From Eledone cirrhosa (lineage: Eukaryota), in contig OZ024742.1 in NCBI GenBank assembly GCA_964016885.1, positions 76,198,001-76,262,000 of the forward strand: a DNA stretch of 64,000 nucleotides, in the 5' to 3' direction. The notes under the pieces were generated by a model. The model worked only from the letters and a program-made list of their open reading frames with translations. It was not told the origin of the DNA and did not search any database. Positions 1 to 12,361 of this stretch are shown here, piece by piece (position 1 is the stretch's first letter; each line of letters opens with the position of its first letter). The translations under genes were made by a program, and so were the position numbers.

Positions 1-286
1 TTTTCTCTCTCTCTCTCTCTCTATCTATCTCCCTCTTTTTCTCTCTCTATCTATCTCTCTCTGTGTTTTCTTTACATGAATTTCTTCTCTCTATCTATCT
101 CTCTATATCTATCTCTCTCTGTTTTTCGTTGCATGCATTTCTTCTTTTTCTTCGCTTTCTTTCTTTCTTTCTTTTTTTTTTCTCTATAACTGTCCCTAAC
201 ATTTTTCACTACCAAATCAACGTTTTAAATGGAAGTTGAAGTGTAAGGTATGTCAGATCTATCTATTTATGAGACTGTTTATATTG

Positions 287-352
287 TATTTTGTCTGATG
301 AAGGCATACCATATTTTTAATATGATAACCCTGAAATATATATAATGAAATA
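287..352 (+). ncRNA. Type I hammerhead ribozyme motif (family A; also at 25137-25203 and 44303-44367)
   Basis: TATTTTGT-CTGATGA-AGG...CCCT-GAAA-TATATATA-ATGAAATA: core boxes, stem I (tattttgt/atgaaata), palindromic stem III, AUA cleavage triplet; next to a (TA)n tract. Confidence 0.7.
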
Positions 353-392
353 AATATGGTTTTATAAATATAGTTTCCATTTATTTAATATC

Positions 393-424
<32 letters not shown>

Positions 425-428
<4 letters not shown>

Positions 429-782
429 ATAATAATAAAATTGAAGACTAAAATCCAAAGAGGGCTCGATAAGGAAAATATATATCAAATATATAAGAAC
501 CGTAGAGCAAATATTTATTAAAATAACAGATTAAAGTTTAAGCAAAGAATCGCTGCTTTCACCCTTAACGGGATATTCTGAAACTAACAATGTCAATCTG
601 TAAACGCAGAACTGGATATTTCAAAAAACGTTCACGAACCAAAGTATCGTCTTCCTGTCTTCCTCCGGTTGCAACGTTTTTTTGAAATATCCAGTTCTGC
701 GTTTACAGATTGACTTTGTTAGTTTCAGAAGATCCCGTTAAGGGTGAAAGCAGCGGTTCTTTGCTTAAACTTTAATCTGTTA

Positions 783-790
<8 letters not shown>
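425..790. mobile_element. Non-coding inverted-repeat insertion (PLE-tail-like family B) between (TA)n tracts
   Basis: ~520-632 is the reverse complement of ~672-788; same family at 43540-43692 and 50058-50585. Confidence 0.75.
721..771 (+). ncRNA. Hammerhead motif, U4A core variant (family B)
   Basis: AGTTT-CAGAAGA-TCCCGTTAAGGGT-GAAA-GCA...TGCTT-AAACT; all three stems form; similar copy at 50518-50567. Confidence 0.6.
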
Positions 791-878
<88 letters not shown>

Positions 879-1667
879 TATACAATAAAATATGTCCATA
901 GAATCATTTGATAAAATATATACATTATTTCTTCTCCCAATCAGCATAATCAACCACACAAAAAAACAATTAAACAATTCTATGAGATTAAAAGACACCT
1001 ATGAAGAAATAATAGATAAATAAACGACAGCTATAGAAAATATACCCACCATTTTTAATAGCACGTGGAAATTGATTAAATATATCTCAACCATACACAA
1101 TTAGGTGTAAAATCAAAGTTACAAGAACAAATGTATATAAACATACCAAAATTATTTTTCTACCCCACGGAGTTTCATTCGCTTTTTGGAAATATCCGAT
1201 CAAGGATAAATTAACGAGCTTCGAAATCACGAGGAAACAAACTCACTTGGACGAAGATTTTTCTTAAATGATCCCCGCCAGAAACGAATTCAAAAAAGTC
1301 AGAAAGAATGTGATTGGTGGCTTGCGGCGAGTGGGCTGGTTGCTAGAAAACGCAGCCTAATATTGCCTACATTTCATCTCAACCATATGGGAAATTATCA
1401 AATATATAGATTTACATATACATAAACTAGACAAAGACATATATATATATGTAAATATCTATAAGTCGTTTGGAAGCCTCGACAAACCAAATGGGTAAAT
1501 CTCCGGGTAACAAGGTCCGGTGGTGGAGAGAGAGATGTAAGTGGGTGTACGTTGAGATGCGTGGTGTGTATAATATGTGTGAGATGTGTAGAATGAAGGG
1601 AAGAGTAAAAGGATAAAAATAATAATAACAACACGAGAGAGAGAGTTACCTTGGGAAGGATTTAATT

Positions 1668-1705
1668 GTCCCTATATATTTCGGATTCACATCCATCAAC
1701 TGGGG
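1668..1705 (-). ncRNA. Minimal hammerhead-like motif in PLE tail (non-canonical core CAGUUGA)
   Basis: Minus: CCC-CAGTTGA-T-GGAT-GTGA-ATCC-GAAA-TATATA-GGG; decayed copy in the inverted arm at ~3516-3552. Confidence 0.45.
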
Positions 1706-2112
1706 TTTTTTTCCGGGGTGGGGGAAAAGGTTGTCTGTCGGACAAGTCCGGAAGGCGTCTTTCGCTGTTTGCTGATTTGAATATCCGAGGTATTCGGCAG
1801 AGCGCGCGTGCGCGTGAAATGGGGTCGGTCGTACAGAGGTCAGCGGCCGAATGAGGGAGTGGGATGGCGCTAGCTGTCAGTCCATTCTCTGCCTGTTTGT
1901 TAGATGTTACTGTGTGTGCGTGTGTTGTTGTCCCGCTTGAGTGTGTGTGTGTGTGTGTGTGCGTGTGTTGTTGCCTTGTTCATCTGTATTGGCAGTGTAG
2001 TATGTTCGTATGGGGGAAAGCTACAATGTGTGTGTGCGTGTGTGTGTGTGGTTGTCTCGTTTGCGTGTGTGTGTGTGTGCGTGTGTTGTGTGTTGTTGTA
2101 TCGCTTGTTAAC

Positions 2113-3396
2113 TTAAACCAGCCATTTCATTTCGCTTCTCTCTAATCGGTTGTTTATTTGCGGTTGCAGGCGTTTGATAAAAAGTGCTTCCTTGATACGT
2201 AACGTGCCGACGTTTCTTTCAGTCGCTAGAATTGTGACAATGGGCCTTCCGTCTTTGTTTCCGCATTTGTCTATGTGTTTCCGGAAAGACGAGGCCCTGG
2301 TTTTAATGTGTTCCTTGATCCGGATGTGCAAAGGTCGAATTGTGCTACCTATGTAGTATTGGTTGCACCTGTCACATTCTATCTTATACACGACGTATGT
2401 GCGTAGGCAACAGTTAGCATGGCGTATCGGGCAGTCTCTGAGGGAGCATGCGTCAGTAGATTTTTCTGGTTTCCTGTAGAGGCATCTTCGCAGGGAGGGG
2501 CCCGAGTGGGCCAGGTGGATGTCGAGGCTCTCCCTCCGTATAGCCTTGCGGATAGCGTTGGTGGTTTTCTCGCCCAGGTGTGGCATTTTAAGGAAGCACT
2601 TGCCTTGGGTGCTTCTCTGTCTCTTGCGTCTGGTGTCTCTTATTCTGTCAGTGATCGAGGTAGGGTACCCGTTCGTCTCCAGCACCTCGAGGAATCGTTT
2701 GGTATGAGTGACACCACTCGCGGGATCGCTGCATCTGTTTTTGATTCGCGCGATATCGTTCGTGATGTATCCTCTTTTGGCACTGTTAGGGAGGGCGGAC
2801 TTGTAGTGAATGAATAGGCCCCTGCAGGATGCCTTTCTGTAGAAGTTGCAGTGGATCCCTCCTTGTTCCGTGATGTTGATTCGGAAGTCGAGGAGGGCAA
2901 GTGACCCGTCTTCGTTGGGGTGTTCAACACTGAAGTCAATGTACTCGTCCGTGTTGTTGAACGTCTCATAGATTCTTTTCGCCGTGTCTTGGGAAGATGT
3001 GAGGATGAGGATATCGTCCAGGTATCTTGAGAAAAAGGCTACGGCGTTGGGGTGGCAGGCGTTGAGTGCCTTGCGTTCGAGGTTGTCCATGTAGGAGATC
3101 GCTAGCACACCTGATAGACTTGATCCCATGGGCAATCCCGAGGTTTGTTGGTATATTTGGTCAAGGAATCCGAAGTAGGTGTTGTCGATGACGATGGATA
3201 GGAGTTGGTGGATGTCAGTGGTGGTGAGCCCGAAGCAGTGTAGGTCGGTGGATTGGACGCGTTCCATTAGTATATTGACGGCCGGGAGTGCCGGGACCGA
3301 GGTGTAGAGAGCGACTACATCAAGGCTGAAGGCATATCTGTTATTCCTTCTGGTGTCGGGATCCATTTGATGCAGGCGCTTCAACACCTGCATCAA
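2113..3396 (-). CDS. Penelope-like reverse transcriptase + C-terminal GIY-YIG endonuclease (5'-truncated, uninterrupted 427 aa)
   Basis: SLDVVALYTSVP, YQQTSGLPMGSSLS, RYLDD, LLDFRI, VVYKIECDRCNQYYIGST..R..EH, KEALFI..LQPQIN motifs; the N-terminal Met comes from the fold-back junction. Confidence 0.93.
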   Translation of the reverse strand: MMQVLKRLHQMDPDTRRNNRYAFSLDVVALYTSVPALPAVNILMERVQSTDLHCFGLTTTDIHQLLSIVIDNTYFGFLDQIYQQTSGLPMGSSLSGVLAISYMDNLERKALNACHPNAVAFFSRYLDDILILTSSQDTAKRIYETFNNTDEYIDFSVEHPNEDGSLALLDFRINITEQGGIHCNFYRKASCRGLFIHYKSALPNSAKRGYITNDIARIKNRCSDPASGVTHTKRFLEVLETNGYPTSITDRIRDTRRKRQRSTQGKCFLKMPHLGEKTTNAIRKAIRRESLDIHLAHSGPSLRRCLYRKPEKSTDACSLRDCPIRHANCCLRTYVVYKIECDRCNQYYIGSTIRPLHIRIKEHIKTRASSFRKHIDKCGNKDGRPIVTILATERNVGTLRIKEALFIKRLQPQINNRLERSEMKWLV

Positions 3397-3802
3397 ATGG
3401 ATCCCGACACCACGCGCGCTCTGCCGAATACCTCAGATATTCAAATCAGCAAACAGCGAAAGACGCCTTCCGGACTTGTCCGACAGACAACCTTTTCCCC
3501 CACCCCGGAAAAAACTCCAGTTGATGAATGTGAATCCAAAATATATAGGGACTATTAAATCTCTCCCAAGGTAACTCTCTCTCGTGTTGTTATTATTATT
3601 TTTATCCTTTTACTCTTCCCTTCATTCTACACATCTCACACATCTTATACACACCACGCATCTCAACGTACACCCACTTACATCTCTCTCTCCACCACCG
3701 GACCTTGTTACCCGGAGATTTACCCATTTGCTTTGTCGAGGCTTCCAAACGACTTATAGATATTTACTTATTGTTCCACAATGCTTCAAGCAAACTTCAA
3801 TA

Positions 3803-3841
<39 letters not shown>

Positions 3842-3947
3842 ATAACATGATCGGTTGTACAAAATGGTTTTATTTGAAGTGTTAACAATTGTTTCGTTGA
3901 TTGGGTGAGTCTAAAGGCCGCTAATCAGTCGAAATTGCGTCACTCGG

Positions 3948-4000
<53 letters not shown>

Positions 4001-4137
4001 ATCTCTCTCACACACACATACACACACTCAACTATATATATATATATATATATACACCCACATAAATATGTAGTAGAAGTATATGAAATTATAGTGTAAT
4101 AGTCATGTAGAAGCCATTTCTATCTCTCTCTCTCCCC

Positions 4138-4169
<32 letters not shown>

Positions 4170-4285
4170 ATATATACAGAGTGAGAGAGAGAGGGAGAGA
4201 GGGAGAGATATAGAGAGAGAGGGGGAGAGATAGAGATATATAGATAAATAAATAGAGAGAGATAGAGAGTGAGAGAGAGAGAAAT

Positions 4286-4337
4286 GGCTTCTACAGGACT
4301 AGAACTGTTTCATTTGAAGTAAATCATCAAGAAACCC
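4286..4337 (-). ncRNA. Minimal hammerhead motif (U3 variant)
   Basis: Minus: GGTTTC-TTGATGA-TTTACTTCAAAT-GAAAC-AGTTCTA-GTC-CTGTA-GAAGCC; decayed relative near 56230-56280. Confidence 0.55.
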
Positions 4338-4599
4338 ACCTGTCATTGTGATATGGTGGAATTTAATCTTTTTCTGGTGGTAATGAAACAGTATATGAAT
4401 ATAGAGAAATTATTTATAATGTTGACGCCATTTCTATATTAAACATTACATACTCTACTAGGTATTCAGTACATTACATACTGTGGTTACACCCGATTGA
4501 AGTCGGGATGTACACATTCACACGCACTCTATCTTTCTTTCTCTCTCTCCCTCTCTCTCACACACACACACACACATATATATATACATATATATTTAT

Positions 4600-5688
4600 A
4601 GATAATGAAAGAGTGAAGAATAACATGATCGGTTGAACAAAAAAGCTTTTTATTTACAGTATTAACAATTGTTTCGTTGATCAGGTGAGTCTAAAGGCCG
4701 CTAATCATTTGAAATTGCGTAACTCGACCTTAATTACAGTGTGTGTCCTGATCAAATTATCGGAATGCTGAAGGATGTAACACAGGGCACTGGTATGTAT
4801 AGATACATCGGCGAATCAAGTGAATGGAACAATAACACCAATAATAAAAGATAATAAGGAAAGTATAAAAAAATAAAAATGAAAATGATAAAGAAGTAAA
4901 AGATAAGTAAACAAATATGGTTACTGATAATAGTAGTAGTGGTGGTGACAGTTGAAGTTATAATGGTGAGTAAGTGGATGTGTAAAATAGTGATGACTAA
5001 TAATAACAATAACATCAAGAGAAATACGATATATGATAGGCGAAATGATGCTGAGTGGACGTCGTACTAATATAGCGAATTGGCGAAATAAAATTGCAAA
5101 AAATATAAAAAAATATTAGAGAATTAAAATAAAAAATAAAAAATAAAAAGTAAGAGAGAAAGAGATAAAGAACAGGAGACAGAGAATAAAGAATCAGGAT
5201 TCGAGGATGAGATATAAATGATAGGACTAAGGATGGGTGAACAGTAAATAGATAAATAGAGAATAACATGTGAAAGGGGCAGTGATGATATACGGGTGAT
5301 TAAGGTCCGGTAGATTTATTGTTTTATTTTAATGGAAGTGATGCGACTATAGAGAGAAAGTGAAATAAATGTTGGGGGATTCATGATGTTGATTTAATCA
5401 CCAGTTGGTCAGTTGACAGCTAATAACAGTGAAGTGGTATGATGTTAGTACATTTAAATCCGGCTGGTTCTGACTGAATACCGAGAATGCTGGAGAGAAT
5501 TATGCCGGTTGTGATTTAAAGCTGGAGAATTTGGTGGCTGCTTTGTGCCTACAGGAGATTATTCGCTCTATCTTGTTGTTAGGCAACATTTTATTATATT
5601 TTAAAATATGGAGCATCTCCATATTGCATAGTCCGCATTGGAGCATTACATTTTTGTAGGACCTTGCACTCGATAACCTCGACCAACT
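4600..5688 (-). mobile_element. 5'-truncated Penelope-like element (CxC/CxxC/CRH GIY-YIG type, Hydra-clade-like): C-terminus plus 3' tail
   Basis: Minus 5515-5685 translates as SRLSSARSYKNVMLQCGLCNMEMLHIL...IISCRHK, homologous to the 20.5-kb element; tail segment 4620-4730 is duplicated at 3840-3950. Confidence 0.7.
4657..4770 (-). ncRNA. Hammerhead motif with extended stem II in PLE tail
   Basis: Minus: CAGCATT-CCGATAA-T-TTGATCAGG...CCTGATCAA-C-GAAAC-AATT-GTT-AATACTG. Confidence 0.6.
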
Positions 5689-6329
5689 ATATATATATAT
5701 ATATATATTACAATTTTACAATATTACACATACTGAATTCATCCGCCAAAAATAAGGGTTGCCTCCCTTGCCGAGCCCCACGTGGGTATTGGTAACGGTC
5801 AATCCTTGGCCTGGCACTTGAACTAAAACCTGTTGAGAAAGTGACCTCATTGTTCAATCATATTACCAAAAGCTTAGCATTATTTGTCTAAGCGGACAGT
5901 ACTTGATTTAGGAGTCGCAGAAACCCAAATGCTGGATTTTTACCAACCATCCAGGGGTCCGGGTAAATTTTTCAATCATATTTTTTTATTTGTTTGACCC
6001 GAATTACTTGGTCGTTTCTATGGCTGTGCGGATAACGGTTTAACCATCGTCTCAGTGTGTTCGGCCTTTAACGTATGTTGTAGCTCTGGTTCGTTAGAAT
6101 CTATTGAGCGCTTGCCACACATCTCGTAAGTTGTTTTTCGCTAATTTCCAATAGCCGAAATAGGATTGTCGCAAATGTATATATATATATATATATATAT
6201 ACAATAATAGATAGGTAAAATTGTCCAAGATATAATGCAACGTACGTCCGTTGGGCGACTTTGAATATGAGTATTAAGGCCAGTTACTAAAATGGCGTCA
6301 TAGCAGTTGCGTACATTTCGTTAACACTG

Positions 6330-6600
6330 AAACCAACTTGTTGAAACTGTGCCAATGAGACTGAACTGGAAAATGTTTACTCAAAAAGGAAAATATGGAA
6401 AAGACAGAAGAGGCTGAAATCAATTGCAGATGATCTCCTTCGAAAGCAGCAACAGGGCTAGCCTTGGGGACGACAGACATAAGGAGATGAACCACAACAC
6501 CAATTCATCAAACCCTGACCAAAAATTCAGCTGCAGCCGTTGCCTGTCTCCTATTGGCCTGAATAGCCATATCCATGCCTGCAGTCAACGAGAACTAAAA
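6330..6600 (+). mobile_element. RTE-like LINE 3' relic
   Basis: FSCSRCLSPIGLNSHIHAC resembles the RTE/BovB C-terminal Cys-His motif. Confidence 0.55.
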
Positions 6601-6679
6601 TTAATATTCTTAAACATAACCATATCACAACGGTAACGCTATGCCTAAACCAGATATCAGCCTCACAAAAAATAAAAAA

Positions 6680-7470
6680 AAGTCATTACACAAAACCTAA
6701 CGCTAGCGCTTATAGTAAAAGTAAATATAAACCTAACACAAATCTTAACAATAATTCTAACAGAAACACTAACTCAAGCAATGATACTTATCTTAAACAT
6801 TAAACTTAAGCCTAATCTTAACAATAGCCTTAACATTAAAACCGAAATTAAACCTAATAAAAACACTGAAACTAATCTTAACTAAAACATAAATATAAAC
6901 ATCAACGTAAACCTACAATTATTCATAATCATAACTAAAACCCAAAATTTTACTAAACATACCATTAAACTAACGCTAATTCTAATGTTGTAAAGATATC
7001 CTTAATACCTAAGTTAACCTTAACAATAAACATAAGCCTAACCATAAACAAAACCCCGTCATTAAACTAACCCTAACACTAACTCTAAGCGTAACATTAA
7101 CGCTAACACTAAAGCTAATACTAACCCCAAACAAAACCCTATCTCGAACACTAACACATACACTAACATTAAATCTAGAGTTAAACCTAACCTTCGATAT
7201 AATCCTGATACAACCTCTAATTCTAACTCTTAATATAGCATTAACACTACACATATCTGCAACACTAAGCCTATTCTAAGCACTACACACAACAAAAGCA
7301 CTATCCCTAAAAATAACCCTAAGCCTAACGCCATTCCTAACACTAAAAGTTCCCTAATATATACTTTATGCCTAACACAAACTTGATACTAATCAGCTAA
7401 TTAGAAACAAAAAGAACTGCTTATAACTGTAAATAATACTTCCTGGAAACAACAATCTAACGCTAAACGT
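6680..7470. repeat. Degenerate (CCTAA/CCCTAA)-like low-complexity array
   Basis: Dense CTAA/CCTAA/ACTAA units with roughly 6-nt periodicity. Confidence 0.55.
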
Positions 7471-7916
7471 AACTTTAAATCACAACTGCAAAGTCAGATA
7501 TTTAATGTTGAACAATGAAAAATAAATAAAATAATTTGATAGGTAATTAACCCACTGTGTTACGATCGCTTGAACTGGGAAAATACACACATATGTTATC
7601 GATATAACTGTTAAAAAAACTCCATAGAACTAACCTCGACAAAATACATCCATTATGTCGTTCCTGCTCACGAACAATGGTTTTAGAATGTATTAAAAGA
7701 GGTATAAATAGTACAGTTTACAAGGGGCCTGAGAAATTCAAGTTATTTTTTTATATATCTATGTAGTTATTCATCTAACTAAATAATCGTAAATAATACA
7801 CCCCGGAAACAAAACTAATAATAAACACTCGCTCTAAATACCATTATGGGGGAAACAGACTTTTTTAATCTGCAGCCGTCATATTATGAAATTTCTGTAC
7901 AAGAATAAAAATAAAT

Positions 7917-8011
7917 AATTGGTTCTACTTTTGGCACACTGGTAGTTTATTTTATCGACTACGTAAGGATGAAAGGCAACATTTAACCACGGCGGAATTT
8001 GAACTCAGAAC
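7917..8011 (-). mobile_element. tRNA-derived SINE, partial
   Basis: Reverse complement of GAGTTCAAATTCC...CCTTTCATCCTTACG..GTCGATAAAATAAA core shared with 5 other copies. Confidence 0.75.
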
Positions 8012-8449
8012 GCAATAAGCAATATTTATTATTATGTGCAGTGACTACAGCCTAATTGCAGATTAATCCTCAGCTACCAGATCTATTCCCGTTAGAGCGT
8101 TATCCCATCTAACAAAACAAATTAAACAATATATGTCTAAATATAAAACACTAACTAAAACAAATATCCTGAAATGACTCAAAAGACTAACATGATTTCT
8201 ATAAATGAAATAAAACATTACATTTTAATCCTAAACTTTTAAGTTGTCTGAATATAAAAAAAAAATGCATACACGAAATAAAACATAATTTAAACAAATT
8301 CAATAAAAAATATTCTTAAAAAATTAAACCAAATCATGAAAAACAAAATAAATAGAATAAAACTTAGTCAAAATATATTTTTAAAATTACTTATCTTGCT
8401 TTTTCTTCGGCTGACCAAAAATAAACCAGCATATATCGGAAATTGGTGT

Positions 8450-8760
8450 TAGAAAGATATCTCCCATCTTTGGCACTGGGACGATGTTACTGATCCTCTA
8501 CTGATACGGGGAAACTCCTTTCTCCAGTGCCTGGTTACAGAACTCCAGGATGATAACATGAAAATCACGCCTCTTCATCAGCTCTGATGCCACTCCAACT
8601 TCTCCATGAGCCTTGCCCTCCTTGATCGTATTCTTGGCTCTCTGAAGCTCCTCTCTGGTGAAGGGTCCTGTCTCAATATCCAGTTTCTCACAAAGCCGCC
8701 TGATCTCCCCAGTGTTCTGGGCTGTGGAAGGCGGCTCCCCTAATAGGGAGGTTAGCTGGA
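8450..8760 (-). mobile_element. RTE-like LINE fragment (same family as 61.4-64 kb)
   Basis: LLGEPPSTAQNTGEIRRLCEKLDIETGPFTREELQRAK..EGKAHGE nearly matches 62920-63200. Confidence 0.85.
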
Positions 8761-9511
8761 CATGCTCACCGACATCCAGAGTTGACACTGCACTCAGTGT
8801 CCCTGTGGGAGTCTCTGCATGGACACACTGGAAAATGAAGACCGAGGTTAACATATGTTGATGCCCTAAGGTAAGACACTGGTCTTTTGGAGACGCAGGA
8901 CATGGCAGCGATAATAAGGGACAGAGACCACTGGAGAGAACTCGTCCATGGATATCGGGAATTTTACCAGCCATAGACATATCGGATGTCTTCTGCCACA
9001 CGAATAAAAGACAATCCCAATGCCCCGAAAATACATGAAATAAATTTAGGCGGTAATCGAATACAAATATCCACGAAGGCGATGAAATTCATTGAGTGTC
9101 GAATGTGCAAAGGATTTTTTAAAATTGAAATGGCCTATCAATGGAGATCTCAATCCTCAAAGTATCAAGGTATGACATGAACATATGTAATTAAGCGAAT
9201 AAGATAGTCAAACAGCTAAATCTGAACATAAATACACCTATAATCATTTTCAGGTTGTATTCTGTGATTTTCATAAATTATTGGCAGAATAGTTGATTAT
9301 ATTCTTAAGGGAATCAGAAATATAAATTATAAATCAATTCTACATAACTACCTGAAGAAAAATAACAAAAACAAATTATATAAAGTATTGCATTAATTAA
9401 TGTAATAAACTTAATTTAGCTAATAAATGTTATCATGAAAATTAACTATATGTTGTGTTTTAGAGAGTTGTTATTATTGTTATACAAACACATGTATAAG
9501 CACACACACAC

Positions 9512-9568
<57 letters not shown>

Positions 9569-10580
9569 TATATATATACGTGTGTGGGGGTATGTATACA
9601 AATAAATGCACAGGCACACACACATACACACGCAAATTCTATTTTATCATAGATAAAATCATTATCGTTTTTCGTATTGCTTAAATTTAAAACGTTTGTG
9701 AATTGTGATTTGCTTCAGATAAGTCACAGGTTTGTGTGCGTGTATGGGGGGGGGGGGGCGCATGAGTATGCCTGGGTGTTATTTATATATACAGGTGTGT
9801 GCATTTCATCATGGCTTAGTATGGGTGAGACTATTCCACAGAAGTTTTTGTTTTGAGTAATAATAATTAAATGCTACTGATGAAATAGAATAATGTAATT
9901 ATATAATTGCTCTAATTATATGAAGTGTAGAAAACACTACAATCGCCCAAAGTCATCCTACATGCTAAAGAACTTAAAGAAGATTTGTCCATGAAAATTG
10001 AGAGGAAAACCGCATATATATATATAAAACCTAGCACATAATAATAAACTTCCACGTACGTCAACCACTCTGACGATATAAGCATACCCAAACACATATA
10101 TATGTTTGTACATTCATATATATATATATAGTGAGAGAGAGAGAGAGGGGGGGAGAGAAAGAGAGAGAGAGAGAGAAAGAGAGAGGTTCAGCGGTGCGGA
10201 GACCAGGGACACCACCGATCAAGAGAATAACCACACGTGGTTTGAACTTGAGTTCAGCAAGCCTTTTTTCAAAGGTGTAGTAATTTTTGCAGGGTGTTAA
10301 AACATAGATCATTAGTCATGGTAGTGCTGGGGTCAGATGTAACATTTTGGTGAGCTGGGCTGATGGAGGAATTGGTGTGCCAGAGAATGGTAAGTGCATC
10401 TAGAAAGCCTAGGGGGTCAGGAGAAGGAAGAAATGTGGGTGTAAGAATGGGTTCGTTTGGGGTAGGATTTGAGAAAGAGGATGAGGGGTATAATTGTCAT
10501 AAGAATTGGGGTGGAGGAGGTGAGTGGCAATATTATATACAGATAGGTCTTATAATTTGAAGGATTACTTTTATGAAAAT

Positions 10581-10977
10581 AATTGTTTCTGCTATTTGCA
10601 CAAGGTCAGCAATTAACCCACTGCAATACTGGTACTTTATTTTATCGACCCCGTAAGGATGAAAGTCAACGTTAACCTCCGTCAGATTTGAACTCAGACC
10701 ATAAAGGGGCGTAACGACCCTCTACCGATAGTGCCAATCCACCTCCCTTTTATGAAAATAATGGTTTATTAGATAGGCACAAGGCCAGCAATTTTGTGGG
10801 AGGGGAAATTCAATTAAATTGACACTTGTGTGTGACTGGTACTTTATTTCATCGACCACGTAGGGAAGAAAGGCAAAGTTAACCTCGGCGGGATTTGAAC
10901 TCAGAATGTAAAGGGGCGTAAGTCTATGCTGGAAAGCATGGCATCTGACCCTCTAACGATACTGCCAATCCACCACC
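10581..10977 (-). mobile_element. Two tandem tRNA-derived SINE copies
   Basis: Two reverse-complement SINE bodies (about 10581-10745 and 10765-10977) separated and flanked by the repeated target CTTTTATGAAAATAAT. Confidence 0.85.
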
Positions 10978-11704
10978 CTTTTATCAAAATAATCAAATAT
11001 AAAATGGGTTATATAGTAGCACATAAGCAAATGGTTGAATAATTTAGTAAGCAGATGTGTGAAAAGGATAAAATAAAACAAAATAAGTTCAAGTAAACTG
11101 GTCGCGTTGGTTGGACCGTGGCATATGTGTCTTTTGAGTTTTGTCCTGTTAGATGCAGTGATATTCTATGGTATGCTCGGTGGTGTTGAGTAAGATAACT
11201 TCACAGTCTTGTTATTGAACATTCTGTGGTATCGGTGCTGCGGTGGCACGTACCTTGGGATATGTGTGCATGTATGACTGCGACTGTGCTTGTGTCTATA
11301 TGCACAAGCATAATATATATGTGCATATTTTATTTCCTCAGCTATCCATCGAATGTACGTAATTTATACACTTTACGCACTCATCCATCGACTTATTCAT
11401 CTAATATCTCTCTCGCTCTCTCTTTCTTGTACTCTATCTACTATCTCTCTTTCTCTTTCCCTCTCTATACATATATATAACGGAGGAGGTATGATAAGGA
11501 ACCATATGGACCATAACGCACCAGAGTACTCAATACTTAGGATAGTAGAGTGGGTAATGGGAAAAAGTTTGACCCCGAATGCAGAGCTCAAGCCATTTCG
11601 AAGGGCTATTTCTGGATTCAGAAGTGCAGAAATTTCTAGCCACAGAGTCCAGAAATATCCGTCGAAACGGCTTGATCTTTGCCATAGCGGTCAAACATTT
11701 TACC

Positions 11705-11793
<89 letters not shown>

Positions 11794-11800
11794 TATATAT

Positions 11801-11837
<37 letters not shown>

Positions 11838-12294
11838 ATATACATGTATATGTACGTATGGGTTTACCGAAATTTATTATAATGTTCGGTTTGTTTGTAA
11901 AGAAACAGCCCGAAGTACGCCGTGCAGTCTCCGGCAACCATCGTCGCCCTTCTGTTCAACACTGACACAAAAGTAACACACACCACATACAATTTTCACT
12001 TCATCATCATCTTTATTGTTTCTTGTGCATTCGTTTGTCAAAGTTCTTTCGTCACATATTCAGTGACCCCCTCAACACTATCTGTTTCATGCTTCTTCCT
12101 TTTTCTGATTTCAAACTTCTACCTCTTCTTGTTATTGTTTTCTTTTGTGGCGCATTTTTCAGATTTCGTGTCTATCATGCGTTTTTGCCAGCTTCTGTGT
12201 GTGTGTGTGTGTGTGTAAGTTCGCGCGTGTATGTGTTTTTGTGTTTGCTATGTTGAACGGAAAAACTGAAAAAAAACACAAAAAAATACTCCTG

Positions 12295-12361
<67 letters not shown>

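Larger units (their letters stand above)
1450..3809 (-). mobile_element. Young 5'-truncated Penelope-like retroelement with inverted copy of its 3' tail (inverted pseudo-LTR)
   Basis: Minus-strand RT+GIY-YIG ORF; 1450-1810 is a near-identical reverse complement of 3412-3767; TA runs at both ends. Confidence 0.92.

Noticed and set aside
6005-6060. HHR-like motif on minus (GAGACGA...GAAAC)
   Set aside because: The core breaks the 3-8 pair and there is no valid cleavage triplet; too degenerate to call
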